From positions 256,001 to 320,000 of the forward strand of contig CAWFXA010000003.1 in the NCBI GenBank assembly GCA_963819655.1: a DNA stretch of 64,000 bases, in the 5' to 3' direction. The DNA comes from an uncultured Chloroflexia bacterium. GTDB lineage: Bacteria; Chloroflexota; Limnocylindria; Limnocylindrales; CSP1-4. This document shows, piece by piece, positions 19,388-28,050 of this stretch (position 1 is its first letter; every line of letters starts with the position of its first letter). Below the pieces are notes generated by a model. That model saw only the letters and a program-made list of their open reading frames with translations. It had not been told where the DNA came from and did not search any database. The position numbers were made by a program, and so were the translations under genes.

Positions 19388-20644
19388 ATGTTCCGACGCC
19401 TGCAGGCCGTCATCCTCGCGACGATCCTCGTCGTCGCCGCGTTCTCGACCGGCTACGACTTCCTGTTCTACCTGCTGTATCTCGGGATCCTCGTCGTCGG
19501 CGGGTCATATGTCCTGGTGCGCCTCGGCCTATCGGACCTCGAGGCAGGTTATGCCGTGAGCCAGCTGCACGGCCACGTCGGCGATCGCATGCGCGTCACC
19601 TACACGCTGCGCAACAGCAGCCGTTTCCCGAAGCCGTGGCTGGAGATCCACAACCCGACGACGCTGCCCGGCGGCCTGCCTGGCCGCGCCATCACGCTCG
19701 GCGGTCGGAGCGAGCGGTCGTGGCTCATCCGCGCGCCGCTCACCCGCCGCGGGCACTTCCGGATCGAGCCGCTCCACATCCGGACAGGCGACCCGTTCGG
19801 CTTCTTCGAGGCAGCGGCGACGGTCGGGCAGGGGATCAGCGTCGTCGTCTATCCGCGTCTCGAGCCACTGCCGATGTGGCGCCTCCCGTCCGCCAGCCTC
19901 GAGGGCAGTCACGCGTCACCCGAGCGGACGCTGCAGACCACGCCACTCGCCACGACCGTCCGGCCGTATGCACCGGGCGACAGCATGAACCGGATCCACT
20001 GGAAGTCGACAGCGCGTCACGGGGAGATCCAGGTCAAGGAGTTCGACCTCGAGCAGACCGCCGATGCGTGGATCATCCTCGACCTGCAGCGCAGCATCCA
20101 GGCCGGGCATGGCGAGGAATCGACGGCCGAGGCCGCCATCCGCGCGGCCGCCTCGATCGCCGACAAGGCGCTCAACGAGAACCGCGCGGTCGGGATGACC
20201 GTCAACGCCGGGCGGACCGCCTATCTGCCCGCCGACCGCGGGGGCCGCCAGCACCAAAAGGTCATGCAGCTGCTCGCGGCCGTCGACGCCGACGCGAGCA
20301 CCCCGCTGGTCGAGACGCTCATCGGGTCGGTCGGCAGGCTGCGGCGCGGGATGACTGCCGTCGTGATCACGGCCTCGCTCGATCCCTCGTGGATCCGGCC
20401 GCTTGCCGCATTGCGCACGCGCGGTGTCGGCTGCGTCGTCGTGATCGCGGATGCGACCGCGTTCGCGCGAGCCGAGGCCGCGGCACGAGCTGCTCAGGAT
20501 GGGTCGACCGTGCGGACCGACCCAGCCGCCGAGGAGCTGGCGGCCAAGCGCAGGCGGGCGCTGTTCCACACTCTGGCCGAGTACGAGCTCAAGGCGCACA
20601 CGATCGTTCCCAATACGCCACTCGGCGAGGTCCTGGCCTCGTGA
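19388..20644 (+). CDS. DUF58 domain protein
   Basis: 'VRPYAPGDSMNRIHWKSTAR...VKEF'; follows moxR. Confidence 0.92.
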   Translation: MFRRLQAVILATILVVAAFSTGYDFLFYLLYLGILVVGGSYVLVRLGLSDLEAGYAVSQLHGHVGDRMRVTYTLRNSSRFPKPWLEIHNPTTLPGGLPGRAITLGGRSERSWLIRAPLTRRGHFRIEPLHIRTGDPFGFFEAAATVGQGISVVVYPRLEPLPMWRLPSASLEGSHASPERTLQTTPLATTVRPYAPGDSMNRIHWKSTARHGEIQVKEFDLEQTADAWIILDLQRSIQAGHGEESTAEAAIRAAASIADKALNENRAVGMTVNAGRTAYLPADRGGRQHQKVMQLLAAVDADASTPLVETLIGSVGRLRRGMTAVVITASLDPSWIRPLAALRTRGVGCVVVIADATAFARAEAAARAAQDGSTVRTDPAAEELAAKRRRALFHTLAEYELKAHTIVPNTPLGEVLAS

Positions 20645-22950
20645 CCGCCCGGACCGACGGGGATCTGCTCCGGTCGCTGCGCCGGGTCGACGGCTGGTTC
20701 ACCGTCGGCCTGGTCGTGCTGGTCTGTGCGACTCTCGCGTGGTCGCTCGACGACGCGCTGCTGGTGCTCGGTCGCGATGAGTACACCGATCTCCTGTTCT
20801 GGGCGGCGATCGGCGGCGTCACTGCCGGGTTGGTCGGTCCGCTCGTCGGCTGGGGTCGCTGGAAGACACACATCATCGGGGCGGTCTTCGCCGCACTGCT
20901 CGTCCCGCTGCTCGTCGGCTGGACGCTGATCCCGACCGGCGCGCCACCGGGCGAGCTCTTCCAGCGGACGACCGACAGCATCGTCCAGGCGTGGTCAGAT
21001 CTCGTGCTCGCGGGTCGGATGTCGACGATGCAGTACGGGCATCACCTCTTTGCCCTCGCGATGCTGACATGGGCCACGTCCCAGTTCGCGAGCTATGCGG
21101 CGTTCGGGCATCGGCGACCGATCAACGCGGTCGTGGTCGTCGGCTCGCTGCTGCTGGCGAACATGGCGCTGACGGTGCGCGACCAGCTGACGTACCTCGT
21201 GATCTTCTCGATCGCGAGCCTGTTCCTGCTCGTCCGGTTCCACACGCTCGACGAGCAGTCCGACTGGCTCCGCCGCCGCATCGGCGATCCGACAGCGATC
21301 TCTGCGCTCTACCTGCGCGGCGGCACGGTCTTCATCATCGCGGCGATCAGCGGCTCGCTGCTGCTCACGAACGCGGCCTCGTCGGCGCCGCTCGCGGGGG
21401 CGTGGACCGACGTCGGCGCTCGGGTCATCGAGTGGGGCCAGTTCCTCGAGCGGTTCCTGCCGGCGTCCCGGTCGAGCCGCTCGCTCGGACCGACGTTCGG
21501 CGACAGCACCCTTGTCGGGCTGACCTGGAACACGAACGACCAGCTACAGCTGAGCGTGCAGTTCCCGGCCGAAGAGCAAAACCCGCCCTTCCTGGCGGCG
21601 GCCTACTACGACCAGTTCCGGCTCACAGGCTGGGTCCGAGCCGAGCAGGCCGAGCTGTCGCGTGACCCGGGTGCCGATGTCCTGGCCGGCACCGCCGAGC
21701 ATGTTGCGCCGGCCGGACGACGGCCTCTCGAGGCAACGATCACGCCGGCGTACGCCCGGCGTGAGATCTTCGCGCCAGGGCTCCCGAGCACGATCAACCA
21801 GGTTTCCAGGCTGCGCATCATCGGCGCGGGCGGCCACCTCGCCGGGATCGAGCGCGACCCGTCAAGTGCGCCGTACACGGTCACGACGCTCGTCAACGCA
21901 GACGAGAAGAGCGGCGGCTGGACGGAGGAGCGCCTCCGCGCGGCCGGGCAGGACTACCCGCCCGAGATCGTCGCGCTGTACGGGAAGGACACATTGCCCG
22001 ACGGCTCGCTCGGACCGCAGTCGACCGCCCTGCTCGCGGAGATCCTCCAGAACGCGCGATCGAACAACCCGTACGACCTGGCCGTCGAGGTCCGCGACAC
22101 CCTCCTCGACTCGACGCAGTTCGAGTACGACACGGACCTCAGCGACCGACCGTGCGTCGACACCTCGATCGTCGAGTGCTTCGTGGTGAACAAGGCCGGC
22201 TTCTGCCAGTACTACGCGTCGACGATGACCGTGTTCCTGCGCGAGCTCGGCATCCCGGCACGGTTCGTCGAAGGGTTCCTTCCCGGCGCGCCCGATGAAT
22301 CCGGGGGCGGCCGCACGGTCCGCGCCCACGACGCCCACGCCTGGGTGCAGGCCTACTTCCCGAGCTACGGCTGGGTCGATTTCGATCCGACCGGCGGTCC
22401 GGAGCGCCCGGGGCTCGCACCGATCCCGTCGGGCGCCCCGGTCGCGAGCGGGACCCCGCGACCGTCGGGCAGCGGCTTGGGCAGTTTGGCCATCCCGAGC
22501 GCGCGAGGCGAGATCGATCAGGGTCCTGGCGGTTCGGTGGGCGGGAGGGCAGGCGACCGGACGCCGGTCGGCCTGTTCATCGTGATCACGCTGCTGCTCG
22601 CGGTCGTGGTGGGCTCGCTTGCCGCCGTCGCGTGGCGGCGCGGCCCGCGCGGCACGCTGTCCGCCGACGACGCGTACGGCTCGGTGTCGCGGCTGGCGTC
22701 GCGCCTGGGGTTCGGACCGCGGCCGACGCAGACGGTGTACGAGTACGCCGGCGCGCTCGCCGATGAGCTGCCGATGGTCCGCCCCGAGCTCGAGACCGTG
22801 GCGCGCGCCAAGGTCGAGGTCGTCTACGGTGCGCGGTCCCTGGCCGACGAGCGGCTGGCCGCCCTGCGCCATGCCCACCGGCGGCTCCAGGTACAGCTTC
22901 TCCGCCTCCTCACGCGTCGTCGCCGCCGGTCGAGGCGCTGGCGAGGCTAG
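20641..22950 (+). CDS. Membrane transglutaminase-like cysteine protease (TgpA-like)
   Basis: GTG 20641 overlaps the DUF58 stop; multi-TM N-terminus; triad 'GFCQYYAS', 'AHAWVQAY', 'WVDFDPT'. Confidence 0.92.
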   Translation: MTARTDGDLLRSLRRVDGWFTVGLVVLVCATLAWSLDDALLVLGRDEYTDLLFWAAIGGVTAGLVGPLVGWGRWKTHIIGAVFAALLVPLLVGWTLIPTGAPPGELFQRTTDSIVQAWSDLVLAGRMSTMQYGHHLFALAMLTWATSQFASYAAFGHRRPINAVVVVGSLLLANMALTVRDQLTYLVIFSIASLFLLVRFHTLDEQSDWLRRRIGDPTAISALYLRGGTVFIIAAISGSLLLTNAASSAPLAGAWTDVGARVIEWGQFLERFLPASRSSRSLGPTFGDSTLVGLTWNTNDQLQLSVQFPAEEQNPPFLAAAYYDQFRLTGWVRAEQAELSRDPGADVLAGTAEHVAPAGRRPLEATITPAYARREIFAPGLPSTINQVSRLRIIGAGGHLAGIERDPSSAPYTVTTLVNADEKSGGWTEERLRAAGQDYPPEIVALYGKDTLPDGSLGPQSTALLAEILQNARSNNPYDLAVEVRDTLLDSTQFEYDTDLSDRPCVDTSIVECFVVNKAGFCQYYASTMTVFLRELGIPARFVEGFLPGAPDESGGGRTVRAHDAHAWVQAYFPSYGWVDFDPTGGPERPGLAPIPSGAPVASGTPRPSGSGLGSLAIPSARGEIDQGPGGSVGGRAGDRTPVGLFIVITLLLAVVVGSLAAVAWRRGPRGTLSADDAYGSVSRLASRLGFGPRPTQTVYEYAGALADELPMVRPELETVARAKVEVVYGARSLADERLAALRHAHRRLQVQLLRLLTRRRRRSRRWRG

Positions 22951-23001
22951 TCGCCGCTAGAGCAAGGGGGCACGGGCGCAGGGGCGCACGTCCCGCGCCT
23001 G

Positions 23002-23102
23002 GCCGGCTGCGACCACACCTGCCCCAGCGACCCATGCCGGCTGCGACCACGTCCCCCACGCGACCACGCGGGCCCACGAGCCCACGTCCCCGCGGGCCCA
23101 CG
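23002..23102. repeat. Degenerate direct repeats in a convergent intergenic gap
   Basis: GCCGGCTGCGACCAC at 23002-23016 and 23036-23050; CGCGGGCCCACG at 23067-23078 and 23091-23102. Confidence 0.65.
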
Positions 23103-23376
23103 TGCCTACGCAGCCCAACCAAGCAACGAGCACACGGAGTTTTTGTCAGATGTTTCGTGCCATGAGCCTTGGACAAGACTCTTGAGGGACGTCCCGCTCC
23201 GAAATGCATAGAAATGCGAACAAGTGTTGGGTTTCTGCATGGCGGTCGAGGAGCCATGCATATCTATCCACCTCGAGGACCGATCCAGCCGCTCGATCCT
23301 TGCCGAACGCTCGTGTAGCGAGCTTTTGACGGAAAGAGCCGTCAGAGCGGCCGCGGCGTCACCGAGCGCCGCGGCG

Positions 23377-24174
23377 TCACAGGGCACCGCTGCGGCTGCG
23401 CTCCTCCTGAGCCTCCTGGGCCGCTTCGTCGAGCATCGCCGCCAGGTGTCCCGTCAGGTTGTGCGCGCGGAGCACCGGGCGACCGGCCCGGAACTCAACC
23501 ACCGTGATCCCCGCGAGATCCATCGTCCACATCCAGAACCGTTCGAGCGGCAGGTCGAAGAGTGTCAGCAGCAGCACCTTGAAGATGCCGTCGTGCCCGA
23601 CCGCGATCGACCACGGGTGGGTGGCCGGCGCGTCCTCGTAGCCCGCGACCTGGGATCGGTCGAGCGAGCCCGGGACGCCGCCGACCGCCAGCCGCGCCAG
23701 CATCGCCGCCACGGTCGGGCGGAGGCGGCCCTGGACCTCGGCGATCGACTCGCCGCCGGGCGCCCAGCTCGTGGTCGGGCTGCGCCGCCAGGCGGCCAGC
23801 GCCTCGGCATACCGCGCGGTGATCTCGTCCCTGTGCAGGCCTTCCCATTCGCCTTGACCGATCTCGAGGAGGCCAGGCTCGGGTCGCGCCGGGGGCGGTG
23901 CCTCGAGCCGGCTCAGGATGGCTTCGGCCGTCTGGGTGGTGCGCCGCAGCGGGGAATGGACGATCTCGCGCAGCGGTCCAAGCGGCACCGGCAGCGCGGG
24001 TGCGTCGTGCGGGTGGGCGAGGCGCTCGGCCACGAGCGCCGCCTGACGCAGCCCGGCCGGCGAAAGGGGGGTCTCGGCCTGGCCCTGGAAGCGCCCCTCG
24101 ACGATGTACTCGGACTCGCCGTGCCGGACGAGCACCAGCGTCGCATCGAGCAGGTCCGGGATGAGCGGCGACAT
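23377..24174 (-). CDS. Histidine phosphatase family protein, probable phosphoserine phosphatase
   Basis: 'LVRHGES', 'SPLRRTTQTA', 'EIGQGEWEG', 'PGGES', 'VGHDG'; directly downstream of serA. Confidence 0.88.
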   Translation of the reverse strand: MSPLIPDLLDATLVLVRHGESEYIVEGRFQGQAETPLSPAGLRQAALVAERLAHPHDAPALPVPLGPLREIVHSPLRRTTQTAEAILSRLEAPPPARPEPGLLEIGQGEWEGLHRDEITARYAEALAAWRRSPTTSWAPGGESIAEVQGRLRPTVAAMLARLAVGGVPGSLDRSQVAGYEDAPATHPWSIAVGHDGIFKVLLLTLFDLPLERFWMWTMDLAGITVVEFRAGRPVLRAHNLTGHLAAMLDEAAQEAQEERSRSGAL

Positions 24175-24199
24175 CGACTCGCCCGGCGGTCCGCTCAAC

Positions 24200-24239
24200 G
24201 CATCACCGCATCACCGCATCACGGCATCACCGCGTCACC
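24200..24239. repeat. Tandem 8-mer repeat (GCATCACC) x5, imperfect
   Basis: GCATCACC GCATCACC GCATCACG GCATCACC GCGTCACC, overlapping the serA stop. Confidence 0.85.
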
Positions 24240-25824
24240 GCTCGCCACCGAGCCGGATGATCCACAGGTCCAGGACGGCCTCCTGGTCGCGGATCGCCGA
24301 CTCGACGCGGGCGGGGACGTCGTCGTCGAGCGCGAGGATCATGAGGGCGTCCTCGCGCGGGCGCGTCCGCGCGAGATGCATCGCGCTGATGTTCACGTCG
24401 GCCTCGCCGAGCATCGCCCCGACCCGCCCGACCATCCCGGGCTTGTCGGTGTGGCGCGTGATGAGCATCACATCGGCCGGCTCCATGTCGATGCGGTAGC
24501 TCCCCAGCCGCGTGATGCGTGGCTCGCCGGCGGCCACCGTTCCACCCACCGTGATCGCGCGGCCGCCCGGTGTCGCGTCGCTCGACAACGTCAGCTGGGC
24601 GGCGTACGCGCCGGCGTCGCGGGTCTTGCGCTCGACGAGCGTGATGCCGCGCGCCTTTGCGAGCGCGCCGGCGTTGACGAGGTTGACCCGCTCGGTCGTG
24701 ACGGTCTCGAGCAACCCACGCAGTACCGCGGCGGTGAGCGGCGACCCGTCGTGCTCGGCGAGCGCGCCGGCGATCTCCAGGGTCAGGGTGCGGACACCAC
24801 CGCGTGAGAACTGCGCGAAGAAGCGGCCAAGGATCTCAGCGAGTGGGAGATACGGCGCGATCGCCTTGGCCGTCTCAGGCGTGAGCAGCGGCGCGTTGAC
24901 GGCATAACGGGCGCTGCGGCCCTCCAGGACATCCAGCACCTGCGCCGCGACCTCCTCGGCCACGAGCACCTGCGCTTCCGCGGTCGATGCGCCGAGGTGC
25001 GGGGTCAGCAGGGTGTTCGGTGCGGCCAGCAATGGGCTGTCCGTCGGCGGCTCGTGCTCGAAGACATCGAAGCCGGCCCCGGCGAGATGTCCGGATGCGA
25101 GCGCATCCGCGACGTCGGCCTCGTTGACGATCCCGCCACGCGCCACGTTGATGATGATCGAGCCCGGACGCATCTGAGCGATCTCGGCCTTGCCGATCAG
25201 GTTGCGGGTCGCCCGGGTCAGCGGGACGTGGACCGTGATCACGTCGGCGCGGGCCAGGAGCATCGCCATGTCCATCAGCTCCACGCCGTGGTTGCCCGCC
25301 TGTTCCGGGGTCACGTACGGGTCGGCACCGAGGACGACCATCTCCATGGCCCGAGCGCGGTCGGCGATCGCCTGGCCGATCTTGCCGAGCCCGATGATCC
25401 CGAGCGTGCGCCCGCGCAGCTCCAGACCGGTGAACTGCGATCGCTTCCACTCCCCGCGTCGCAGGCTCGCGTCCGCGGCGGCAGTCTTCCGTGCCACCCC
25501 GTACAGCAAGGCCAGGGTGTGCTCGGCGGCCGCGATCGTGTTGCCGGTCGGGGCGTTGACGACCGTGATGCCGGCCCGCGTGGCCGCTTCGAGGTCCACG
25601 TTGTCGACACCGACCCCGGCACGCCCGATGACGATGAGGCGGGCGCCGGCGGCGATCATGTCGGCGTCGACCTCGACTTGGCTGCGGACGATCAGCGCGT
25701 CGTACTCGGGCAGGATGGCGGCCAGCTCGTCGCGGGTACAGCCGATCCGCTCGTCGACCTCGTGGTGCGCCGCGATGAGGTCGATGCCCTCCTGCGCCAC
25801 GCTCTCCGCGACGAGGACCTTCAC
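24235..25824 (-). CDS. serA: D-3-phosphoglycerate dehydrogenase (type I, ASB and ACT domains)
   Basis: GTG 25824; 'GRAGVGVDNVD', 'GLGKIG', 'NVARGG', 'TPHLGAST', ACT 'DKPGMVG...VNISAM'. Confidence 0.96.
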   Translation of the reverse strand: MKVLVAESVAQEGIDLIAAHHEVDERIGCTRDELAAILPEYDALIVRSQVEVDADMIAAGARLIVIGRAGVGVDNVDLEAATRAGITVVNAPTGNTIAAAEHTLALLYGVARKTAAADASLRRGEWKRSQFTGLELRGRTLGIIGLGKIGQAIADRARAMEMVVLGADPYVTPEQAGNHGVELMDMAMLLARADVITVHVPLTRATRNLIGKAEIAQMRPGSIIINVARGGIVNEADVADALASGHLAGAGFDVFEHEPPTDSPLLAAPNTLLTPHLGASTAEAQVLVAEEVAAQVLDVLEGRSARYAVNAPLLTPETAKAIAPYLPLAEILGRFFAQFSRGGVRTLTLEIAGALAEHDGSPLTAAVLRGLLETVTTERVNLVNAGALAKARGITLVERKTRDAGAYAAQLTLSSDATPGGRAITVGGTVAAGEPRITRLGSYRIDMEPADVMLITRHTDKPGMVGRVGAMLGEADVNISAMHLARTRPREDALMILALDDDVPARVESAIRDQEAVLDLWIIRLGGER

Positions 25825-27011
25825 GCGCTGGTCCCGGCCACCGCCATAGGCGCGATCCCCTCGGTCGCCAGGGCCGCCCGTTGGGCCGCCGCGACCGCCG
25901 CACCTGGCTCGACCGGACGGCCGTGCTGGAGCGACACCAACTCGAGCGTGCCGAGCGCGCCCAGGATCTCCTCGAGCGTCACCGAGCCCAGGTGTCCGAC
26001 CCGGAAGATCTTGCCTGTCAGCTTGCCCTGGCCGCCGGCGAGCACCAGACCGTGCCGCTTGAGGTCGCCGTTGAACGCCTTCCAATCCAGGCCGTCGGGG
26101 ACTGTCGCCGCGGTCACCGTCCGCGAGAAGTGGCGCTCGTCGGCGAACAACTCGAATCCGAGCGCGGCCAGGCCCGCCCGGGTCGCCGCGGCGCACACCT
26201 CGTGGCGCGCGAAGATCCGCTCGGGACCTTCTTCGCCCATGAGCCGCAGGCCTTCGTCGACCTGGTAGACGACCGCGATCGCCGGCGTGAACGGCGTCTG
26301 GCCGTCGCCAGCCGCGTCCCGGTGGGCTCGCAGGTCGAAGTAGAAGCGCGGCATCCTCGCGTGCTCCATCGCCTCCCAGCCGCGCGGCGAAGCGGCGACC
26401 ATCGCGAGGCCGGGCGCGGACATCCACGCCTTCTGCGACCCGGTCACGACCACGTCGACCCCCCAGGCGTCCATCTCGAACGGCACCGCGCCGAGGCTCG
26501 ATACGGCATCGACCAGGATCAGCGCGTCGGGGACCTCCTCCCGGATCGCCGCTGCGAGCTCCGCGACCGGATTCATGACTCCCGTCGAGGTCTCGTTATG
26601 GGTCAGCAGGACCGCTTTCGTGTCGGGCATCGAGCGGAGGCGTTCGCGGATCTCATCGGCTGCCGCCGCGTAGCCCCATTCGGCATCGAGCCTGGTCACG
26701 TCCGCGCCATACACGCCCGCGATCTTGGCGAACCGGTCACCGAAGGAGCCGATGCTGACCCCGAGCACCTTGTCGCCCGGCGAGAGCGTGTTGACGATCG
26801 CCGCCTCGAGCCCGCCCGAGCCGGCGGCGGTGAGCATCGCCACGTCCGAGGTCGTACCGAAGTAGGGCTTGATGCCCTCGAGGATCCGGCCGAGCATCGC
26901 CGCGAACTCCGGACCGCGATGGTTGATCATCTGGCGCGCCCCGACGGCGCGGACGCTGGGCGGGAGGGCGGTCGGGCCGGGGATTCGGAGGTTGGGCTCG
27001 AAACGGTCCAC
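25821..27011 (-). CDS. Class V PLP aminotransferase (AGXT/serine-pyruvate type; probable phosphoserine aminotransferase)
   Basis: 'IPGPT', 'HNETSTGV', 'VDAVSS', PLP Lys 'GSQKA', 'TPFTP', 'FRVGHLG'; coupled to serA. Confidence 0.92.
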   Translation of the reverse strand: MDRFEPNLRIPGPTALPPSVRAVGARQMINHRGPEFAAMLGRILEGIKPYFGTTSDVAMLTAAGSGGLEAAIVNTLSPGDKVLGVSIGSFGDRFAKIAGVYGADVTRLDAEWGYAAAADEIRERLRSMPDTKAVLLTHNETSTGVMNPVAELAAAIREEVPDALILVDAVSSLGAVPFEMDAWGVDVVVTGSQKAWMSAPGLAMVAASPRGWEAMEHARMPRFYFDLRAHRDAAGDGQTPFTPAIAVVYQVDEGLRLMGEEGPERIFARHEVCAAATRAGLAALGFELFADERHFSRTVTAATVPDGLDWKAFNGDLKRHGLVLAGGQGKLTGKIFRVGHLGSVTLEEILGALGTLELVSLQHGRPVEPGAAVAAAQRAALATEGIAPMAVAGTSA

Positions 27012-27124
27012 GGGTGATGCTCCTGGTGACGGCGTGGCGGTCGGGTCGATGGTGCCACAGGCGGGCGCTCTGGCCGCCGCCGGCGTGCTGGACGCTCGTC
27101 GGACGCCGAGCGTATCCTCTCGCT

Positions 27125-27272
27125 GGCGCTACCTCGCGCCGCACCTCCGTCGCCGGCACCCACGCTGTCGACCTCGTGGAGGCAAAGGGGCTCCGCCTCG
27201 AGGTCGTCGGTTCGTGCCTGGCCACGGTCGGTGGCTCCGGAGCGTGGGTCCGGGCCGACGGCCGGTCAGGAG
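27125..27272 (+). ncRNA. Candidate structured 5' leader RNA (three-way junction)
   Basis: Promoter-like TGGACG-N18-TATCCT (27089-27118). Paired segments 27147-27166/27241-27261, 27169-27176/27199-27206 and 27221-27225/27231-27235; SD AGGAG at 27268-27272. Confidence 0.6.
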
Positions 27273-27281
27273 ACACACGAG

Positions 27282-28016
27282 ATGACCACCGACAAGGCCC
27301 GCAAGCGGGCCGTGCGTTCCCGGATGCAGAAGACGGGTGAGCGCTATGCCGCCGCCCGCCGCCACGTCGTCCACGATGGCGACCAGCCCGCGCTCCCGCC
27401 CCGCGTCGCCGATCCCGGCGTGTCCGAGGCGGCGATCACGAAGGGCACCGGTCAGGGCTGGGACCACTGGTTCCGGGTCCTCGACGACTGGGGTGCCACA
27501 TCGCGCAGCCACACGGAGATCGCCCGGTACGTGAACGGTGAGCATGGCGTCGATGGCTGGTGGGCCCAGTCGGTCACCGTCGGCTACGAACGTGCTCGGG
27601 GCATGCGCGCGCGAAATGAGCGACCCGAGGGCTTCGAGGTGAGCGTCTCGAAGACACTGGCGATCCCCGCCATGGACGCCTGGCGCGCGTTCGTCGAGCC
27701 GAGCCGCCGAGCTCGCTGGCTCGATCTCGCTCTGCGGATGCGGACCGGCACCCGCACGATGGGCCGCTCGGCCCGATTCGATGTTCCCGCCGAAGGCACG
27801 CGCGTGAACGTCTATCTCACCCCGAAGAGCGACGACCGAACGACCGTGACGGTCACCCACGTCAAGCTCGAGGGCGCCGACGACGTCGCCGTCCACCGGA
27901 CCGCGTGGAAGGAGCGGCTGGCCCGTCTTGCCGCCGAAACCTCGGCCGGCGCAACGGCCGGATGGGGGACCAAGGTCGCACCGCGCGGAGCAACCCGGCG
28001 CTCTCAGGCGTCTTGA
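27282..28016 (+). CDS. Hypothetical protein: basic N-terminal helix, DUF4287-like domain, SRPBCC/AHSA1-like domain
   Basis: 'MTTDKARKRAVRSRMQKTGERYAAARR', 'TGQGWDHW...GVDGWWAQSVTVGYE', 'VSKTL...AWRAF...W', 'VTVTH...WKERL'. Confidence 0.82.
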   Translation: MTTDKARKRAVRSRMQKTGERYAAARRHVVHDGDQPALPPRVADPGVSEAAITKGTGQGWDHWFRVLDDWGATSRSHTEIARYVNGEHGVDGWWAQSVTVGYERARGMRARNERPEGFEVSVSKTLAIPAMDAWRAFVEPSRRARWLDLALRMRTGTRTMGRSARFDVPAEGTRVNVYLTPKSDDRTTVTVTHVKLEGADDVAVHRTAWKERLARLAAETSAGATAGWGTKVAPRGATRRSQAS

Positions 28017-28050
28017 ACCTAGCGTCCAGCGATCCAGGAGCCAGACCCGC

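Noticed and set aside
23002-24239. CRISPR array suggested by the short repeats
   Set aside because: Repeats are 8-15 bp, present in two to five copies, lack regular unique spacers, and there are no cas genes.
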